Assembly (NCBI GenBank): GCA_905178155.1
Contig: CAJINV010000001.1
Coordinates: forward strand, 3,543,723-3,607,722
Source of the DNA: Amoebophrya sp. A120
Taxonomy: Eukaryota > Protista > Dinoflagellata
DNA length: 64,000 bases
Direction of reading: 5' to 3'
Within the stretch, counting starts at the first letter, position 1, and the number at the start of each line of letters is the position of its first letter. The position numbers and the translations under genes are program-made. The notes below the pieces were generated by a model. That model ran no database searches. It was not told the origin of the DNA and saw only the letters and a program-made list of their open reading frames with translations. Positions 25,355 to 37,356 of the stretch are shown piece after piece.

Positions 25355-26059
25355 AGGGTTGCATTTCCTGTCTCTCGGTGATTTGCCCCTGGAGAACTGT
25401 CTCTACTAAAAACCTGCAAAGGTTTTTACGAGCGTTTTTTACAACATTATGCGCACTCGTTTTCCACACTACACTACTTATTACAACATTATCGCTTTAT
25501 TTTGTGGAGAAGTTTGAGTGTCACATCGATAAACAGATAATTTTGCTAGTTCATCCTACCCCCGCTCCACAGCGAGCTCCTTGTGTATTAAAGGTAAAGA
25601 CTCATGATCTCGACGCAGACTCTCATTGTAAAGATGGGTAGACTTCTGCCAACCACTTTATGTGACCGCTTGGTCAACATCCCATCTGCCGCACGGATTT
25701 CTAAATGACTCCCCATCCTGTATTTGGCTGTACTGTGCTACTGCCCCGCATCAGACGCAAAAATTGTTCGTGCATCTTCGGGAGGTATTCCCTTATACCC
25801 GTGGGCTTTGATGTCCGTGTTCGAGCCGGTGCAAAATGCCATTTGCAGGAGCTTTCGTTTTGTATAGTAAAGCAAAACAAGGAAAACTTTGATACTCGGC
25901 TTTGGATTTCTTTCGTTAGACAGGTTTCTTGGCTCGCTACAGGAAGAGGAGACGAGTCAGCGATATTACCAGCATCAATTTTGCCGCGGCCTAGGCGTAA
26001 GGCATCGGAGATTGTTTTTTTCCGAAGACAAAACTAACGTGTCTTCAGTCGCCGAAATT

Positions 26060-29000
26060 ATGGAAAGTCGGCGACGATTGCTTCGGTGCAGCAGCACATT
26101 TACCTCGGTCCACATGTGGCAGCTCTCGTGCAGCTTGCGGTTCGTGGGAAAAAAACTTCGCATCATCTGTACTCTTTCTCACCTCCTGCTCCTCTGTCTG
26201 CTGTTTCTTCTCCATGCGGGTGAAGCTGCAGAAGGTAAAAAACCAAGCGCCGAAATAAAATACGGAAATGTGAAGCAGGTGTACGTGGTGATGAGCAGCC
26301 ATTTTGACGAGGGGTACACCGATTTTGCCGTGCCGGTTCTGAACCGGTACTTTCAAGAGTTTTTTCCCGCTGCGGTGAAAACGGTGGAGTTGCTGAAAAA
26401 ACGACACCCGAAAACGGAACACACTCGCAACCCACCACGGTTGGTCTACACCTTGGACGGACCTTGGCTCGCTAGCATGTACCTGCAGGACTGTGCCTTT
26501 TTGCAGAAAAAGGGCGTCATTCCGGGTTTAAGTTGTCCGACGGAAGCAGAGCAGTACCAGTTTCGCCAAGCGTTAAAAGACGGCGACATAGCCCTCACGG
26601 CTAGTCCCTTCAACGCGCAAGTGGAACATGGGAGCGGTTTTCTGTTCAGGTACGGATTAGAGCTCGTGCGGGGCTTGGCCGGTGAAGTCGGAATATCGCG
26701 CAGTCGTGGGCGCGTCACTTTCAGTCAGCGCGACGTGCCCTTCACGACCGTTGCTGCGCTGCCGATACTGCGCGAGTACGGTGTTCGTTTGGTCAGCATC
26801 GGCGAGAATATTTTTTCTTCGGTCCCGAAAATTCCGGCGCCAATTTTTCTCTGGAGAGAAAGGGAGCAGACGAAGAAATTACACGGCGGAGTGAAAGCTG
26901 AACAGGCTGGCCAAAAAAAATCCGACACGGACGAGAATGAGCAGGGATTCGTGACTATTTGGAACCGAAATTATGGGAACTTCGAGCTTCTTCCCTCCGG
27001 CAAATGGGAGTTCACGAGCGAGCCCTTCCTTCTGGCTGACACCGCCTTGGTGATCGCCTTCAAGAACGATAATCAAGGCCCTTTCAATGCGACCGAAGTG
27101 GAGCAAATTTTCGGTGCGTTACAAATCTTCTTCCCGACCGCAGCACGCCTGGAAAACGGGATCGTTTCGACCAGTTACGACACTTTTGCGGAAAAGATTT
27201 GGCCGCGCCGGCACTCGCTTCCCGTAGTTTCGCGAGAAATCGGGGACATCTGGCTTTATGGCGTGCAAAGTGACTTCTTGAAGTCTGCCAGCACACGAAT
27301 CGTGATGCGCGAGGCTGAGAAGTTCATTTGCGGGAAGACCTCGCAAACAACTTCTACAGAAACACAACCAGGTCTAGAATTCGATGACGACGGGGGCGAG
27401 GCAAAGTCGAAACACGACACCACGTCCTGTTTTGACCATTTCTATTTCAGTAAAAGAGTCGCCGACCTGCAAAAAAACGACCCCGCGCTCTGGCATTTCA
27501 TGCGGCTCTTCATTGGCAGCACCGAGCACACCTGGGGGCTAGCAGGTAACGCCCGGGTTGAGGCAGCGAACAAAACAAACTTGTGGAGCAATGCGGGTTT
27601 TGATAACGACCGGAAAAGCAACAAGACCTCTGTCTTCAACGAAGTGGACGCCGCCTACCTAGAACAGCGAAACTTGCACTTGTTCTGGCCGTTGCTGCGC
27701 ATTTTGAAACGGGACGCGCATCCACTGGGGGATATCCTTCTAGAGCGCCTACGAGCTGAGCTTGGGCTCTCCCTGGACGAAGATCTTCACGTCGGAAAAG
27801 GGGAAAGAACAAAGAGAACCGAAGACGCCAGCCAGCTTGGCGGGCCGTCAGGGGAACCACGCGCGAAGATGCTGCCGCCCGCAAAGGACATCTTGTTACG
27901 CGCGGACCTCAACGCGCATTTTTGGTCAGAAGTCACAGTTTCCACCCAATCTGGTGAACTACTACCCGCAGCCTTCTCGGTGTTGATTCCAGAAAGCGAA
28001 TTGTTAGCATCCGGCCACCTCGTACTTCGAAAAAACTTCAAAAAGACTTCAAAGATGAGTTCAGTGCGAGTTCAATACGAACGCCGACAAAATCCTATAT
28101 TTATCATAAAGTCACTTGACCTGTTGCAAAATCGAAGAGAGCCAGCGTTTCTGTCGAAAGTCAGCTGACTTTGCGTGGAGTTTGCAATAACTCAAATGAC
28201 TTTTTGCGGAATTTGCACCAAAAAAAGTCAATTGACTTTGTGCTAATTTCAAGAAAAGCCAAATGCCTTTTCCTGAATTCGGCTCATTTCACAGACAGGC
28301 AGCAAAAGTTTGAAGAATGTGCCCAATTTTTTTGCAGAAGTCAGTTGACTTTTCTGGGAATTAGCATAAAGTCAATTGACTTTTTTTGATGCAAATTCCG
28401 CACAAAGTCATTTGACCTTGCCTGGAAGTTGTCAAAAGTCAGGCGACCTGTGCCCTTTTTGAAGTCAACGGATTTGGGCAAATTATTGAACTCGGATTAA
28501 ACTCGTAATGAGCTCGCTTTTGAACTCGTGCTCCGGTCTTTTTGAAAACTCTAAAAGTACGAGGTGGTCCCGTGCTAAGAATTGCTGGTCTGTTTTGATT
28601 ACCACGGCGCGTTGCGCGGGGTGTTTCAACATCGGGCAACATCGACTGGACGACAGACAAGTACAGAAGGAAGCAAACAATACGAGCCAAAAATCTGCAC
28701 GAATTGTCCACCCGAACTTGAGCCGGGGTACAAAATTGGGCAATATGTTTACCAAGCGTTGAGTGCGGCAAACATGACACAGTTTGTCGAGGAATTCGGG
28801 ACCACCGACGCTTTTGATTTCAGCAAGCCCGGGCTAAAGAAGCATCAAGCAAATTACACAGAGTACTTGCCGCGCGTGCGGGAAGTGATTGTTTCCATCG
28901 ACAGAGGCGGGAGGGGTAGCACGAGCAAGGAAGCAGAAGACGAAAGTGGTGAAGAGGAAAATTATGGGACATCGACCACAAGAAAAAAGAATTCCATCAC

Positions 29001-29880
29001 GCTTGTTTTGGACTGGGCGGTCGACTGCAAGTTGACAATGTCACGACATTGTCTCAGAAGCGACGCGCCTCTTCCATTCGAGGAATACGGGGCGCCTCAG
29101 CAAGTCGTGACGCGTTTCGCAATTTCAATTCCTGAAAGGTTTGACAAGAAAGCGGATACGGCTGCGGAAAAAGCGCACATCAAACAAGACACGGCTGCCG
29201 AGATTAAGCTGGATGTGCTTCTGCAAGACAAAAGACCGACCCGCCTTCCCGAGGTTTCCTGGATTCTGTTCTCTGCGGGGGTTCCTACAGTGCAACAACA
29301 TGGTGCAAGCACATCACGCTGCCGGGGCCGAAAGTTAGGCCGCTACGTGGACCTGTGTGAAGGTGGAGCTGACGACAGTACTATTCCAGGCTCTTTTGCT
29401 CTTGCAAGTCCGCACCAGCACGGAGTTTACAGCGAAAGGCCAGAGAAACATCCCGCGATCGTCTGTGAAAGGACGACCGTAGAGCAGGCCGCCAGTTCTG
29501 ACACGACCTCCGCAAAAGTTAATAGCTACCACGCACTCGGCGTGTCTCCACTGCACACAACACTTGTAGTGTTGTGGGACAAGAAGAAGGAAACGGCATT
29601 ACTTCCGCCCGCTTTCCCGACCCCGTATAATCCACCCGAATGCTCGCCACGATTCGGCTTTGTCATTCACGACAATTTGTGGAACACAAATTATCCAGCC
29701 TGGTACCCGATCGGCGGCCCTTTTCGCGCAGATGAAAAAAGAGACCAAAACCTCCGCGCATCCTGGCAAATTTCAACGCAAATAATCCACGAGGCGGTCG
29801 GGGAAGATGCAGCAGTTCCTGCGGAACGAAAGCTGCTGCCCGACGGTAATATGGCGGACACCACGGCGGTCTTTGTGTAA
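26060..29880 (+). CDS. Secreted GH38-like / DUF5054-type glycoside hydrolase
   Basis: Hydrophobic leader LLLLCLLFLLHA; VYVVMSSHFDEGYTD, RDVP, DNQGP, EIGDIWLYGVQSD, EHTWG, KRPTRLPE, HDNLWNTNYPAWYP. Two exons join across 28004-28584 (PESEL|LVCFDY). Confidence 0.75.
28004..28578. mobile_element. Introner/foldback element 2 (575 nt)
   Basis: Direct repeat gaattg at 27998-28003 and 28579-28584. Ends ttagcatccggccacctcgtactt ... aagtacgaggtggtcccgtgctaa. Internal ~90-bp inverted arms. Confidence 0.85.
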
Positions 29881-30375
29881 GGGATATACTGAGATTAACT
29901 TTAACATCGCCAAAAGCATTTCGCGATTTTTCGTTCCATCTACAAATAAAAGTTTCGTTTCGGACGGATCCTATTATGTTTCCAATGGCGTTGTACAGCA
30001 TCGAGTTACAGGGTTGCGGACCTACAGGGCATTTTCTCTGCCTTCCAGCGTGCGTTTGAGTTAGCACGTATCATGGACATTGTTCCCCACTGATTATAGT
30101 TCTTGAGTATACGAGTGCAAGATGTTCTTGAGGGACACCAAAACATGTCAGTGCGGATTTTTAGCTGAGAATGAGTTTTGTGAGAGTTGTCGTTCAAATC
30201 TATCTCGTCGGAAAGTAGAGAGAACGACACAAACGGAAAAATAAGCGGGCTTACCTCATCAACGTGTCACGTTTCCTTTGTCTATACTAGACTTGCACTC
30301 TCAAGCTACTAGAACTTTAACCACTGGCTCCTTACTGCAAGAAGCAAACCAAAAGTTCAGATCGTGCCTGCAAAA

Positions 30376-31677
30376 ATGTCTTTCTTCAATTGCCGGATTT
30401 GCACCGGTTCGCTTTGGGGAGAGCCGATCAAGCAGCCAGAGCCGAAACCGCGAGCGGATTTGAACAAGGCAGCAAAAAAGCCCGGAAAAGCAAGTATAGG
30501 TCGCATGGTGTGACAAAGATTTAGTTTGTTTTTGATGTAGAGTTGGGCATCGTTTGCACGCAGGCATGAATTGGATCGCCGGTTATGGAGTGTTGCACAC
30601 AAATGTTCCACATCATTCTTACAGAATTCACAAAACGGGATGCGAACGAGATACAGGCAGATTTGGCGAAATGGATCGACTTCTTGCATCCGCGCGCGCT
30701 CTATCAAATGCAAAAATGTCTGGGTCTGGAAGAATGCAAGATTTGTCATGCATATTTCTCATGACCCATGATGCCTGTAATGCATGACCTAGCATCGCAG
30801 ACTTGTAGAGGGCTTCCTGATGCACCTTCCGCATGAGAAATGCCCTGCCCGTGTAGCACAAACTGCACCCCTCTTGCTGGTCATGTAATACAAATTTTTT
30901 TAGATTCCAAAAACAGCATGACAAGTTGCAATCTTCCAGACCCAGACATTTTTGCATTTGATACGCTCGACTTTTTCCCAGACCAGGAGGCTGTGAAGAA
31001 GGTAGGACTGCTGTATAGCAAGTTCGCATGAAGATGAAGCCGTGATAAAAAAAAAAAATGAATATGATAGACTCTTTATCAAGAATAAATCTTGGTCTTC
31101 AAGAAATTGCTGCAACAACTTTCAGGTTTTATCCGAAATCCTGAAGAACATCGACAAGAAGGATGATCCGATTTTGGGGAGCGACGAAAAATGCGTGATG
31201 TGGCACGGCGACTCGACGAAGGTTAACAACGACGGCGAGGAAAGCCAAGCAGTTGTGCGGATAGTCAAACCCGGTATCATTTTTTTGCGACGAGAGAGAA
31301 TGAAATTGAATCAATGCAACTTTCATGCGATAGAGGCTTACTGGTTGTGGTTTGCATGCTGCGTAGCGCACACACTTTCGTCCTTATTTGATTTCCTAGA
31401 GCACCAGACCGGCAAGCAAGGTTGTATCAAAAATTCGACAGGTGACACGCTCGAGAGTGTGACTTTCGTGAACCGCGTGCTGCCCTTCATCTTCGCGGAC
31501 GACGAGTCGTTTGAGGAGCTGATGCAATTGCCCAAGGAGCCCTTTGCCATGTGCTGCGGCAACCAGCTCTGCGTGAACATGTCCCACATCTCGTTCCAGA
31601 AGCGCCGCAACTCCAAGGTGGCCGAAGAAGCCGGAGAGCAGGGCGAGGGAACATCGTTCACCGCACAGGCGAAGTAG
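30376..31677 (+). CDS. His-Me finger (HNH / zinc-binding loop)-like protein, 5 exons
   Basis: Exons 30376-30507, 30657-30701, 30969-31001, 31126-31273, 31442-31677 give ...GRMADLAKWIDFLHPRALDFFPDQEAVKKVLSEILKNID...CVMWHG...FVNRVL...CCGNQLCVNMSHI. Confidence 0.7.
30702..30963. mobile_element. Introner/MITE element 3 (262 nt)
   Basis: Perfect 32-bp TIR tatcaaatgcaaaaatgtctgggtctggaaga (30702-30733 / 30932-30963), imperfect out to ~50 bp. Direct repeat cgctc at 30697-30701 and 30964-30968. Confidence 0.9.
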
Positions 31678-32514
31678 CTCGGCGAGGTAGTGCAGTTGTA
31701 AACCCGGAATTAGTTTTTTGTCATTGCCAGCCAAATAAGTTTTTCTTTTTTCTGAACTATCTGATTTTTTTGTTTCGCTTTTCTGAGTCTGCCTTTATAC
31801 GATGGATTCTTTCCGGCTTCGACCGATCCAGGTTGATACACTAAATGAGTTAAGAATTACAGTGCCTCCAGTTTCCTAGAACTTAAAATTATTTTCTCGA
31901 TGAAGTCGGCCACTTACTGTGTGTCAGTAGTCGCTTGACAGCTGTGCCTTCTTTTGCAGAGCCGCAACAGGCTTCCTTTTGTATTTGATTCTTGTGACAG
32001 CGGAGGCGGACATCAAGTTAGACTTAGAGCATCGCTATTTCAATATTTTGTACTTTTGCGACGTCTATACCTTTTTGCAAAGTATTAGATATGACATCTG
32101 ACGAGCAGAGCGAAATCGTTTCTGGCGCGCGATTCTCTTGCGAATAGTTTTCAGAGCTGCTTTCTTGTAGGGAATTGATACTAAATCGCTCGATTTATTT
32201 CCAGGGTTGAAATAAAAAACACTGAGCCGGAACTTAAGAACTTCTTCGGGCACATAATAGTCCGATATTTTGAGAGCTTCTTTTGAAACCAAAAAACATC
32301 AATGTCACTGATCTCCGCGGGAATTGCCGGCCTTTGTGTTGTTCGTCTGTAGTTTGTTATAGGTCGCAAAGAACCACGACTGTGGTCTCAGGCGTAAGGA
32401 CAGCAGGTTTCATCAAGACGAGAGCGAAAGACAACTCAAGGCGGTGGTATACTGTGCAGATGATATGCAGTTAGTGCTAGAGATGGTACCTCTACCGTGC
32501 AACAAGGACGTGAT

Positions 32515-34086
32515 ATGGCATTCAAGACACCCGGCGTTCTAGCTGCATCTTCGTCGCTGTTCATCAATGCCTATCTCGACCGACAGCGACCCCGCGATGG
32601 TGTCTGGAGCTTCTCGAACGGCCCAGAGCGACGGCGCATCAAGAGCCGTGCTTTGGTTGTGTGCGAACAGCGGCAGAAACAGATGGACTCGTCCTGGCGC
32701 AAGCAGGATTCCGGACTCGAGCCGAAGCCGCGCGTCCTGTTCCTCGTACGTGCGGTTTGTCCAACCCACGCACAATTGCGACGCATGCTTCAATGGCGCC
32801 AAGATTGCAAGACATGTACTGCACTAGATGTTGACTTTGTGTGCAGCGTTGATGTCACGCACAACCGGTTGTTTCGTGCGGCGCGAGCGGAGCGCTTGCG
32901 CGAGGATCCGATACAAGCAGAGTACTACAGACCAAAGCAAGCCGCGGCAGGCGGGTCAGGAAGTGAAAAACCAGCAGAAACTGCAAGTGATGTGAAAAAG
33001 CAGAATGGCGAGGAGAAGCCTCCTGTCGTGCTTCCTCCTCAGCATCAACTGCAGGGATTTCCCCATCAAGAAATCGCAAAAACCACAAAAGATCAAGAGG
33101 AAAAAAGTGGTCAAGACTCCGAAGACGAAGATCGAGATTTCACTACCGACATTCTTCCGAGCCACGCGCAGCTGCGGTGTGTGTTAGGGAAAGATTTGCA
33201 CGAGTACAACTGTATCGACATCGAATTTGGGACCTCGTACGGCCACGGCTGGACTGAGATGCGCCGGCACATTCACGGGTTTCAGGGCACGGTTCCAGGA
33301 CGCCGAGGCTGCTGTTCCTGGGCCTGGGGCATGCACAACGAGTGCGTCCTAGACGCGATTAGGTGGCGGGTGGGGGAGAAGGGCCGTGCGGGGAAGCTGG
33401 GTGGGGCGGTTCTGCCTGTTGCGCACCTCAGGGATTTAGCATCACCACGGACCTCCAACACGCAAGCTAAGTCTACCGCTAATCCTGGTACACGACCAGT
33501 GGAAGGTCTTTCGTTCCAAGAAGCAGCTACCAAACGCAGCACCACCGATCTGTCCGAAGCAGTACTCACGTATTACGACCAGATTTGGCTCTTCGAGGAG
33601 GACGTTGGCTGGTCGGGCGAAAACGTCGTGCGGGACTTGATTGAAAAGTACTACGAAGACCCATCGGATTTGCTCACCGCGTGGTACGAATACTACGAAG
33701 AGCAGACGCCGCCAAAGTGGTGCTGGCGCACCTCCCGGACCGCCGCGTTCACGCGCCGCACGGACGGTCTCCACCGCGGCCGGGCCTCGTCCTGCGAGCA
33801 CGTGCAGCGCTTCAGCAAACGCTTTCTGCAGGAACTGGCGGAGTGGGCGGCCGCCGGGGCCGTCGCGTGGAGCGAGATGAGTACGCCCACGGTGTGTCTG
33901 GCGGGCATGGAAAGGAAAGAGAAACCGCTGCTGTGTGGTCTCTTCGGGCACGACACCGTTGGAGAGGTTTTCAGCTGGGACGGGCGGTTGTCCGAAGCCG
34001 CCTGGAAAAACGTGGTCGAACGCGACGCGAAAAAGGGCTCCGGGTATGATGGCAAGGGGAAAATGTACCACGCGCTGAAGTGGTGA
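32515..34086 (+). CDS. DUF3405-like putative glycosyltransferase
   Basis: YDQIWLFEEDVGWSG, DLL, W.W, VQRFSKRFL, SE...PTVC and terminal MYHALKW resemble the DUF3405/GT-A-like pattern. Start uncertain. Confidence 0.5.
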   Translation: MAFKTPGVLAASSSLFINAYLDRQRPRDGVWSFSNGPERRRIKSRALVVCEQRQKQMDSSWRKQDSGLEPKPRVLFLVRAVCPTHAQLRRMLQWRQDCKTCTALDVDFVCSVDVTHNRLFRAARAERLREDPIQAEYYRPKQAAAGGSGSEKPAETASDVKKQNGEEKPPVVLPPQHQLQGFPHQEIAKTTKDQEEKSGQDSEDEDRDFTTDILPSHAQLRCVLGKDLHEYNCIDIEFGTSYGHGWTEMRRHIHGFQGTVPGRRGCCSWAWGMHNECVLDAIRWRVGEKGRAGKLGGAVLPVAHLRDLASPRTSNTQAKSTANPGTRPVEGLSFQEAATKRSTTDLSEAVLTYYDQIWLFEEDVGWSGENVVRDLIEKYYEDPSDLLTAWYEYYEEQTPPKWCWRTSRTAAFTRRTDGLHRGRASSCEHVQRFSKRFLQELAEWAAAGAVAWSEMSTPTVCLAGMERKEKPLLCGLFGHDTVGEVFSWDGRLSEAAWKNVVERDAKKGSGYDGKGKMYHALKW

Positions 34087-34370
34087 AAAAAACGACAACG
34101 TGCTAATGCGAAAGTGAAATATGCGCGCATAAAAAGTTGACAACCGGGATGCGATATTTATCACGGTTGTAAAAGAGCAACTCTGAGTAGTTTTCGCCTG
34201 AGGGGCAGTTACTAACTTCCTTGTCGGTCTTCACCAAACTGGACGAACCTTTGTTGCCACAAAATGGCGGTTTGTGTTGATTTGTTGTTGGAAGCGAAGT
34301 AGTTGGTCGAGACGCAGCTCGTTTATTAAATGCTGAGCGCGGATTTTCGTGTACGACTAAAAGAAAAAGA

Positions 34371-36745
34371 ATGTCTAAGTCATCTTCTGTCTCCTCCCAC
34401 AAGATGCAGGGGTTCCAGCCAAACGAGCGCGCAGCGGCTTCGCCGACGCCGCGAACGCAGTCGAACAGCGGCAACGACGGTCGACAGCTCAATGCGGGGG
34501 ATTCGTCAGTGGCGGACCCGTCAGGTAAAACCGGATCCGTGTTTCTTTTGCCGAATGCACAGAGAACGCACTCCTCGCGTGGGGCATTGCACCGGCTAAA
34601 TGAGAAAGGCATGACTAAATGCGCATGATCAACAAATACTACCAGGGTGTTCCAGTGGCAGTGAGCAAAGCGGGACATTGGAGTGCCCGGAAGAAAAACA
34701 GCATATGCGGTCGTTTTTGGCGCGCGCTTTACCACCGCAAACAAGTCGTGTAGACGTTGGCACGCTCGCAGCCCCCTCCGGTAAATTGATTCGGTGAGAA
34801 GCCCCGTTTTTGTTTGGGGACAGATGCTCATGTATGGATGTCGGTCCTCGTCAGGGGAATGTTTATTTCCCTTTTGGACGACCACGCACCACCCAAAACA
34901 GGTATCGTCGCTAGCACAGAGGACATTGACGCAACGCTTGCGAAAACAGTTAAAGCAGCCAAAAGCGCGGCCCAAACGGTAAAGGCGTTCGCGAGCAAGA
35001 AAGTAGAGCCCGAAAAAATTCACTGGGACGAACTGTCTGGCGAAATTGATCTCTCTGTCATTCCTTCCGCGAAAGACGGGACATTACCAGTGCAACTGCT
35101 AAAAATCGATCGCGCCACGAGTTCTGCCTCGTCCTCTTCAAATTCGAGTGCGATCACGAGGCAGGTCGCTGCCGGCGGCCTGTCCCTCCCTTCCGTCGGA
35201 GACGACTTGATGCTGAGTGAGCGAGACAGCACTCGTAGAAGCTCGGCTCCTTCAGCTGACGCCGAGAAAGCAAACACGACGAGAGGCTCCCGGCAAACAA
35301 GCAGCAGTGCGGCTCGCGTTGTTTCATCAAACGGGGATGCTATGTACTCCGTACACAGTTTCGCTTCCTTTGCCTCGGAGCAGCCAGGGCCGACGCTCAA
35401 GGAACAAACCGCGAGAATGAGGTTGCGACACGCGACCGCGTCAGCGGTGCGGAGCGCGGAGGAGGAATTAGGCAAAATCGGTCGACCAAGTACGAGCAAA
35501 ACCGCAACAGACATTCCGCCGGGCAGCAGCAGAAACGATGAGCCAGCGAGTAGCAGTACAAAAGAATTATCATCCGACTGTTTCGTTGAGTACGGCGGGA
35601 CGACAAGAAGTGCAGCTTCCCCGAGCCGCGATGCACTGCTGTGCCGCACCTCATCTTACGACCTGGGCCTCAACAACAGTTACGAGAACAATTTTAGCAC
35701 GGCCGGCTCGCTGTCACCGTTTCGGCGGGGCTTGTTATTCGAGACGCAGACCCCCACGCCCGACAGAGAAATCCAGGACGCCCAAGGACGGCTCGGCGGC
35801 GTGGCGTGCGGTTTGCGGGCCACCGCGCGGGCGTTGAGTTGGGACAGCATGTCGGACCACACCTACGTTTCGAGCTCCACGGACGTGTCCCCAGTTTTAA
35901 CGGAAAATTCGCCAAACAAGCGGTCGACAATCCACACGCAGAACCCCCTGGACGAAGCCCGACCCGTTCCCCTCAACCGAAACATGCGCCGAATTCACGC
36001 CGCGAACACGATCTCCGGCGACGTAGTGGCAGTCGCGCGGGGCAAGCACGACGGCCGTTGTAGTTTGCCGAACGGGACGGCGGCGGCGATCCCGTTGCGG
36101 GCCTTGCTTTCGCCGCGCCACCGTGCGCAGTTTGGGCCAGATGACTTCACGGAAACAACAGGAGAGCTGTTGGGCGACCAGAAAAGTATCTTAGCTGTTT
36201 GCGATCGGAGTGTTAAAGAGGAAATGTGTTTCTAGTTCGTTTGCCGAAACAGGCCGAGATGAAGATGCCCCCGTCTCGTGTCGAATTTCGATTTCAACTA
36301 TGTTTAGGAAGAAGTTTCAGTTTCGGTTTGAAATCTTTTACCGTGTTCGCATGCGCAAGAAAAAAAAAACGCAAAAAAAAAAAAAAACAGAAGCAGCGGA
36401 GGGCGTCGCACTTCTGCGACAACTGAAGAGCGGCCTCGGCAGCGGCACGGTGGGGCGGTGGGAGCCGCAACCTGTGGCGCCGATTGACGAACAAAGACAA
36501 ATGCGATTTCGGCGCCACGTGAAAGACGACGGCTCTAGGGATCGTGTGCGTTCCCCGAGCAGAGACTCAAAATCAGGATCGGTTTCCATCTCTCTGTCAT
36601 CCTGCTCAGGAAACTCCTCATCTGCAAAAGGTGAAAAGCAAGGACCGAAAAATGTTTCAGTGTAGTTTTTCTTGTGTTTCAGCCTGTATTCATAGAGATA
36701 GTTTCAGCCGCAGGACTGCCTGGACAAGCAGAAGAACTTGAGTGA
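34371..36745 (+). CDS. Ser-rich low-complexity hypothetical protein (multi-exon)
   Basis: Phase-1 GT-AG introns 34525-34901 and 36210-36390 link the ORFs. Last exon and stop are tentative. Confidence 0.45.
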
Positions 36746-37356
36746 CGAGCTAGTGAAGAAGAGTGAATGCATGATTATCTGTTTCCATTTCAATCTGTGC
36801 TGTCACGCATGCAGTTATGACTCAAAAAAAGAATAGTGGTTTCACAGAACTCGACGAATGCAGCCTTCTCCACCTGTGTTGTACGAAAAACTTGTACTTG
36901 AAGTCAAAGCGAATAAAAGGAGTGTATAGATAGTTTCAGTCAGTTGACTGACTACAATGTGTAAGATCTCGCAGAGAGTTTTCTTTACCATCGGAGGAAC
37001 CCCAACATTGTCCAGTAAGGACGAGCGCAGGAATCCATTATTGTTTCTACCAGGCCGCTTGTCATCAAGATCAAGCGATAGCGACTTGAATCGCTTTCTC
37101 GGTCTCCTCTAGTTTGCCGCGACAAATTGACCATGACACTAGCATCGGGATCGGTTTCGTGGATGACGTGCCACTAGTAAGATCTTCGCAGGCTCTGGCT
37201 CAGTAGAAACTATCGTCGGGGATCCGTAAGAGCATCCGGCATGGTCAATCCAGGGCTTGGTTCTCTAGAAGTCGGGTGAGCATGTATGGCCGATCTTCTG
37301 TGCAGCAGGCTTGCGCTTAGATACAGCTTGCCAGATCGAGCTATAAACATTTCTTC

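Noticed and set aside
28109-28475. Spaced palindromic repeats resembling a CRISPR array
   Set aside because: Repeats are only 14 bp, the spacers mirror each other across the element centre, there are no cas genes, and the context is a eukaryotic intron.
36936-36951. Palindrome tcagtcagttgactga resembling the element-2 motif
   Set aside because: Single short occurrence without TIR or target duplication.
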